Shown: piece after piece, positions 59,078 to 64,000 of the stretch
Position numbering within the stretch: position 1 is the first letter of the stretch
Layout of the letters: every line of letters begins with the position of its first letter
NCBI GenBank assembly: GCA_963716725.1
Contig: CAVQUB010000005.1
Location: 192,001-256,000, forward strand
Reading direction: 5' to 3'
Length of the DNA: 64,000 nt
Source of the DNA: an uncultured delta proteobacterium
Lineage (GTDB): Bacteria; Myxococcota_A; Polyangia; Polyangiales; Polyangiaceae
Notes under the pieces: generated by a model
The model's database searches: none
What the model was told of the DNA's origin: nothing
What the model saw: the letters and a program-made list of their open reading frames with translations, nothing else
Made by a program: the position numbers and the translations under genes

Positions 59078-60670
59078 ATGAAACGAGTCGTCGTGAGCGC
59101 CGCCGTGATCGCCACCCTCAGTGGCTGTGGCGACCGGCCCGAGAGCTGGGACAAGAAGGCGGAGCTGCCCATGCAGACCGCCGGGCTCACCGGCTCCGTG
59201 GCCGTGGTGGACACCGCCCTCGATCGGGTCTTGATGCTCTCGGCATCGTCGAACCGATCGCTCTACGCCACGCCGCTCGGCGTAGGTAAGAACATCGTCA
59301 CCACCGAGGTGTCCCGAGACGCCAGCTCGTTCTTCGTGCTGTCCCGGGGCGTTCAGCCTCGCCGCAACCCCGACGACGAGCTGCCCTCGCTGACCGTGAT
59401 CGACGGCAGCACCCAGCCCAGGGTCACCGCGCGCTACGAGCTGACCGATCCGCTCCAGGGCATCGCCATCGATCCTCAGGGCGAGTGGGCGGTGGTCTAC
59501 GACGCCGGCGGCATCGTGGTGAACCCGAACGAGCTGATCTTCGTCAAGCTCTCGGATCCGAAGTTCGAGCCAGTCTCCAAGACTCTGCGCAGCTTCGGCG
59601 GTCGCCCGGAGCGACTCACCTTCACCAGCGAGCTGACCGTGCCGAACGGCGCGCCGCGACGCTTTGTCGTGGTCGAGACGGGTCAGGACGTATCGCTGGT
59701 GGATCTCTCGGATCTCGCCCGCGACGAGGTCACGCTGATCCTGCCCAAGACCGCCACCGGCGCCACCGGGGTTCCCCTCGAGGTCGCCTTCCACGACGGC
59801 GAGGTGGACGACGCCGCCGACGCGCGTATCGCGGTGCGACTGAAGAACGATCCCAACGTGATGGTGGTGGATCTCGGGGCGCCGCCCCCAGGCGACCAGA
59901 AGCCCTTCAAGGCCACCGTCAACGTTGCGGACGTCGGCGGGGTGCCCAGCAGCATCGCCTTCGTGCAGACGGATGGCGGGCTGCGCCTCGCCGCGCTGGT
60001 TCCCTCGACCCAGAGCGCGACTTTGGTCGATCCGGCGACGACGGTCACCGAGACGGTGGAATTCCCCAAGCCCTTCTCGCGCATCACTCGCGTCACCGAC
60101 GACGTCTCGAACAAGCCGCAGAAGAGCGACGTGGCCCTGCTCTGGAGCGACTCCACCACCGGCATCGCGTTCTGGTCGCTGGGCAAGACCAGCGGCACGC
60201 CTTTCCGAAGCGTTGACGATTACGACATCGGAATTGCGGTCGCGCAGGTGAAGAGCGTCCCCGGCGACACCTACGCCCACCTGAAGGTCCTCCAGAGCGC
60301 CAGCGCCAGCGAGTTCTACGTGCTGGACCTCGACAAGCGCCAGAGCTTCCCGATGTTGACGAACGCCTCGGGATTCAAGCTTCAAGTTTCACCGGATGGC
60401 GAGCGAGCGTGGGCGCTGCGCCCGGGCACGCCGGACTTCGCCAGCATCGATCTCTCGAACCTGCACCCGACGTCGATCCAGGTCGAGCGGGACGTCGCCG
60501 CCGTCTACGACATCGCGCGTCGGGACAGCGGTCGCGCCGCCATCGCGCTGCACGTGAGCGAGAAAGACTCCACGGTCTCGCTGGGCGCTACGGTGCTCGA
60601 CGGGCTCGACCCTGACACGGCGAAGACCCGCTTCTACCCAGGCGTCCTGCTCGGAGGGCTCGCAAAATGA
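59078..60670 (+). CDS. Beta-propeller-like lipoprotein
   Basis: SD GAGG, lipobox LSG-C, beta-rich repeats; stop overlaps the next ATG. Confidence 0.8.
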   Translation: MKRVVVSAAVIATLSGCGDRPESWDKKAELPMQTAGLTGSVAVVDTALDRVLMLSASSNRSLYATPLGVGKNIVTTEVSRDASSFFVLSRGVQPRRNPDDELPSLTVIDGSTQPRVTARYELTDPLQGIAIDPQGEWAVVYDAGGIVVNPNELIFVKLSDPKFEPVSKTLRSFGGRPERLTFTSELTVPNGAPRRFVVVETGQDVSLVDLSDLARDEVTLILPKTATGATGVPLEVAFHDGEVDDAADARIAVRLKNDPNVMVVDLGAPPPGDQKPFKATVNVADVGGVPSSIAFVQTDGGLRLAALVPSTQSATLVDPATTVTETVEFPKPFSRITRVTDDVSNKPQKSDVALLWSDSTTGIAFWSLGKTSGTPFRSVDDYDIGIAVAQVKSVPGDTYAHLKVLQSASASEFYVLDLDKRQSFPMLTNASGFKLQVSPDGERAWALRPGTPDFASIDLSNLHPTSIQVERDVAAVYDIARRDSGRAAIALHVSEKDSTVSLGATVLDGLDPDTAKTRFYPGVLLGGLAK

Positions 60671-61548
60671 TGCGCCGTAGCATCGCCGCGTTCGTTCTGT
60701 TCACCGGCACCGCAGCAGCGCAAGGCGCGCCGCCGGTGGACGAAAAGCCCGCCACCGAGCCGGCGCCCACCGCCGCGCCGGCACCTCCTGCGGCCCCGGC
60801 GCCCGCACTCGCCCCGCGCCCGCTCCCGGCGCCCGCCGCGTCGCCTTCGCCCGGACATTACTCACCCTGGATGGCGCCCCCCGCGGCCCCCGAAGCCAGC
60901 GCTCCCGTGAAGGACAGCGAGCCCGAAGCGCCGCTGCCGCCGCCGTCGCCCCCCGGATGGCAAGCGTGGCTCGGCGTGCGCACCTCGTTCTTCAAGGGCA
61001 AGGGCTTCGACCCATTCTCGCGCAACGACGTGTACCCCACGGGCAGCATCGGCGCCTCGCGCAGCTTGTACGTGGCGTCGCCGCTGTCCTTCGCCGCCGC
61101 GCTCACCTTCGACTTTGGATCCAAGAGCGCGGACGCCCGGGGCGAGCCTACGTCGCTCCAGACCTATCGGCTGACGGTGGGTCCGGAGGCACGCTATCAC
61201 CTGCTGCCGCAGCTCTACGCCTTCGTGCGACCCACGGCCGGTGTGCAGCGCACCGTGGCGACGCTCGACGAGGGGTCCACCGGAGCGACGCTAGCGGCGC
61301 GGGACTGGCTCTTTGCTGCGGACGGCAGCGCGGGCGCCGCGTGGTCCTTCTTGGACGTGCGCAGCAAGAAGTTCCCCCTGATGTTCTGGTTGGTCGGCGA
61401 AGGTGGCTACGGCATCACGCAATCCAGTGACCTGCTGCTCGAAGCCGACTCGGGCTCCGGTGCCCCGGAGCGCACGGCGGCCCTGGATCTCGGCCAGCTC
61501 TCCACCAGCGGCCCCTTCTTCCGCCTGGCGGTAGCGGGGACTTTCTGA
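60667..61548 (+). CDS. Outer-membrane beta-barrel-like protein with Pro-rich N-terminus
   Basis: Signal peptide, amphipathic beta strands, C-terminal FRLAVAGTF (terminal Phe). Confidence 0.7.
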   Translation: MMRRSIAAFVLFTGTAAAQGAPPVDEKPATEPAPTAAPAPPAAPAPALAPRPLPAPAASPSPGHYSPWMAPPAAPEASAPVKDSEPEAPLPPPSPPGWQAWLGVRTSFFKGKGFDPFSRNDVYPTGSIGASRSLYVASPLSFAAALTFDFGSKSADARGEPTSLQTYRLTVGPEARYHLLPQLYAFVRPTAGVQRTVATLDEGSTGATLAARDWLFAADGSAGAAWSFLDVRSKKFPLMFWLVGEGGYGITQSSDLLLEADSGSGAPERTAALDLGQLSTSGPFFRLAVAGTF

Positions 61549-61583
61549 GGGGTAAGTTCCCCGAACTCCGATACTCTGTGCCA

Positions 61584-61901
61584 ATGCACGATCCGCGCTT
61601 CGTCCCGCCCGCGGTGCGCCTCCCCGCCCAGGCCTTCCCGACGGAGGGGCCCGGCGCCACGCGCAACGACGCGACCACGGTCTTCATCCTCGGGCTCCTC
61701 GGGCTCATCCTGTGCCAGCTCTGCGCCCCGGTCGCGTGGAGCAAGGGCAACACCTACGTGCGGTGCTGTGCGATAAACGAAGTGCCGCCGGACGGGCTCG
61801 GCGTCGCCGGTCGCGTCATGGGCATCATCGGGACGGTATTGCTCGGTCTGACCCTGATCTGGCTCCTGATCATCTTTGGCATGATGGTGGCCGCCGGCTG
61901 A
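61584..61901 (+). CDS. DUF4190-like small membrane protein
   Basis: AT...ILGLLGL.LC..APVAW..G ... AG...GIIG TM hairpin pattern. Confidence 0.7.
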   Translation: MHDPRFVPPAVRLPAQAFPTEGPGATRNDATTVFILGLLGLILCQLCAPVAWSKGNTYVRCCAINEVPPDGLGVAGRVMGIIGTVLLGLTLIWLLIIFGMMVAAG

Positions 61902-61904
61902 GCA

Positions 61905-62336
61905 TCACTTCGGCGAGCAACCCGCGTTGACCTCGACCTCGGAGCCCTCGACCTTCAGCGTCGAGAGGTCGCCGTCGTTGGGGTGGACGATCAACTTGCG
62001 TTGGCGAGTGCTTCCGGGCGGGATCTCGAAGGGCTTCTCTTCGATGGTCTTTCTGCCACCCGGCCACACCAGCGTGTAGCTCGTGAATGTGCACGACGTC
62101 GTGGTCGGGTTGTCGAAGCCGATCTTCACGCGCCGATCGTCGACGCTCTCTCGACCCGGGAGCACCTCGATGATCTTGGCCCGCGGTATCGCCGGCGCAG
62201 ATTCTTCCGTTGGCGCCGCCGGGTCGCCGGCCGCGGGGGCCCCGGGCGTCGGTGCTTCGACCGACGGGGGGGCAGCGCCGCCGCAGGCCGCGAGCCAGAC
62301 CAGCGAAACGCACGGGACCCAGACGAGGGCGTTCAT
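61905..62336 (-). CDS. Small lipoprotein, hypothetical
   Basis: MNALVW...LAA-C, Pro/Ala linker, Ig-like beta domain. Confidence 0.7.
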   Translation of the reverse strand: MNALVWVPCVSLVWLAACGGAAPPSVEAPTPGAPAAGDPAAPTEESAPAIPRAKIIEVLPGRESVDDRRVKIGFDNPTTTSCTFTSYTLVWPGGRKTIEEKPFEIPPGSTRQRKLIVHPNDGDLSTLKVEGSEVEVNAGCSPK

Positions 62337-62412
62337 GAGTCGCGTTTTACCACGACGGCCCGCGCATCCAATTCGCTTGAAGCCCCGGAGCAGGTGGCTA
62401 ACGGTGCCCGCC

Positions 62413-64000
62413 ATGACCACTCCCATCCGACGCGTCGGCGTCATCGGTGCCGGCGTCATGGGCGCCGGCATCGCCGCGCACCTCGCCAATGCCAGCGTCG
62501 AGGTCCTCCTCCTCGACATCGTCCCGCCGAACCTGAGCGACGCCGAGAAGAAGGATCCCCGCGCACGCAACCGCTTTGCCGAAGGTGGGCTCGACAAAGC
62601 CACCAAGGCCAGGCCTGCGGCGTTCTTCCACAAGAGCCGCGCGTCGCTGGTGCAGACGGGAAACCTGGAGGACGACTTTGCAGCGCTCGCGGGCTGCGAT
62701 CTGGTGATCGAGGCCGTGGTCGAGCGACTGGACGTCAAGCGCGCGCTCTTCGAACGCCTCGAGAAGACCCTCGGGGCCGACGCGGTGGTGGCGTCGAACA
62801 CCTCGGGCCTGCGCATTCAGGACATGCTCGAGGGTCGCGGCGCGGGCTTCAAGCAGCACTTCCTGGTGATGCACTTCTTCAACCCGGTGCGCTACATGAA
62901 GCTGCTCGAGTTGGTGGCGGGGCCGGAGACCAGCGCTGAAGTCAAAGGGCGAGTCGAGCACTTCGGGCGCGAGACGCTGGGCAAGGGCATTGTCTGGGCC
63001 AAGGACACGCCGAACTTCGTGGGAAACCGCATCGGCACCCACGCCATGCTCTGGGGCATCCAGCAGATGTTGGCGGACCGCTTGGCGCCGGAGGATCTCG
63101 ACGCCATCACGGGTGAGCCGATGGCGCATCCCAAGAGCGCGAGCTTCCGTACCGCGGACCTGGTTGGTCTCGACACCGTCGTGCACGTCGCGGACAACTG
63201 CTACCAGGCGCTGGCCAGCGATCCCGAGCGCGACGTGTTCCAGCTGCCCGAGTACATCCGCGAGATGGTGAAGTCGGGCCTGCTCGGCAACAAGAGCAAG
63301 TCGGGCTTCTACAAGAAGGCCGGCGACGACATCCAGACCTTCGACCCCTACGAGAAGGCCTACCGGCCCCGTGGGGGCAGCAAGGAAATTCGCGCCAAAT
63401 GCAAGGAGATCGCCGCTGAAGAGAACCCGCGCGACCGTGTGAAGAAGCTCTTCGACGACAGCGGCCCGGCCGGCACCTTCGCTTGGAAGCTGACCAGCCG
63501 AGCGTTGCTCTACGCAGCCAAGATGATCGGCGAGATCACCGACGACGTGACCGCCATCGACGACGCGATGCGCTGGGGCTACGCCTGGGAGCTCGGCCCC
63601 TTCGAGACCTGGGACGCCATCGGCTTCACTCGCGTCCTCGAGCGCATGGAGAAAGACGGCGCGACGATCCCCGAGTGCGTCAAGAAGATGAAGGCCGCTG
63701 GCGCCACGGCGTTCTACCAAGGCGACCAGGTCTTCGACCTGAAGAAGAGCGCGTACGTCGCCAGGAACTCTGATCCCAAGGGCGCGCCCATCGCGCTCCT
63801 GCGCAAGGGCGACAAACCCGTGCTCGCGACGGCGACCGCGGAGGCCTGGGACGTCGGCGACGGCGTTCTTTCGGTGACCTATCGCAGCAAGGCCAACAGC
63901 ATCGATCCCGACGTGATCGCCATGCTGCACCAGGCGACCGAGCGGGCGGAGCGAGACTTTCGTGCGCTGATCATCGCCAACGAGGGCGAGCACTTCAGCG
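62413..64000 (+). CDS. 3-hydroxyacyl-CoA dehydrogenase / enoyl-CoA hydratase, FadN-like (partial)
   Basis: Manual translation: MTTPIRRVGVIGAGVMGAGIA, IEAVVE, SNTSG, HFFNPVRYM.LLE, KDTPNF.GNRI, F.TADLVGLD, W.LGPFE.WD, K.N.I; runs off the window end. Confidence 0.93.
   Translation, partial: MTTPIRRVGVIGAGVMGAGIAAHLANASVEVLLLDIVPPNLSDAEKKDPRARNRFAEGGLDKATKARPAAFFHKSRASLVQTGNLEDDFAALAGCDLVIEAVVERLDVKRALFERLEKTLGADAVVASNTSGLRIQDMLEGRGAGFKQHFLVMHFFNPVRYMKLLELVAGPETSAEVKGRVEHFGRETLGKGIVWAKDTPNFVGNRIGTHAMLWGIQQMLADRLAPEDLDAITGEPMAHPKSASFRTADLVGLDTVVHVADNCYQALASDPERDVFQLPEYIREMVKSGLLGNKSKSGFYKKAGDDIQTFDPYEKAYRPRGGSKEIRAKCKEIAAEENPRDRVKKLFDDSGPAGTFAWKLTSRALLYAAKMIGEITDDVTAIDDAMRWGYAWELGPFETWDAIGFTRVLERMEKDGATIPECVKKMKAAGATAFYQGDQVFDLKKSAYVARNSDPKGAPIALLRKGDKPVLATATAEAWDVGDGVLSVTYRSKANSIDPDVIAMLHQATERAERDFRALIIANEGEHFS

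Overview
GC-rich bacterial chromosome segment, most likely Myxococcota (Polyangiaceae-like). This is inferred from a MYXO-CTERM protein, an MXAN_5808-type S41 protease and many Cys/Gly-rich lipoproteins. The housekeeping backbone includes an ECF sigma factor, nnr-acpS-pdxJ, two GT39/PMT-like glycosyltransferases, a DUF5939 cyclase, an ECF/VWA pair, egtB-egtD, a trehalose cluster (otsA, otsB, treS-mak), a ClC channel, an M1 peptidase with mlaD-mlaF, recJ, a beta-propeller lipoprotein/OM barrel operon and a partial fadN-like gene. Two accessory patches interrupt it. The patch at about 3.2-9.7 kb holds a MazF/RHH TA pair, a four-helix-bundle gene bracketed by inverted heptamer arrays next to an IS1182-like remnant, Uma2, two extra copies of the PMT 3' end, and a lipoprotein whose ATG is out of frame because of a (GCAACTC)4 tract. 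The patch at about 22.3-26.7 kb holds tandem RlaP-type Pol-beta nucleotidyltransferases, a remnant of an uncharacterised mobile-element protein, a second copy of the heptamer/IS-end module and gene debris. At least ten genes have a TANNNT -10 box 6-9 nt before the start codon, suggesting widespread leaderless transcription. Several frameshifts and missing stops look like assembly indels, so fusions and pseudogene calls need read-level checks. I recognised no rRNA, tRNA or CRISPR array. All family assignments are by motif recognition; no database searches were run.
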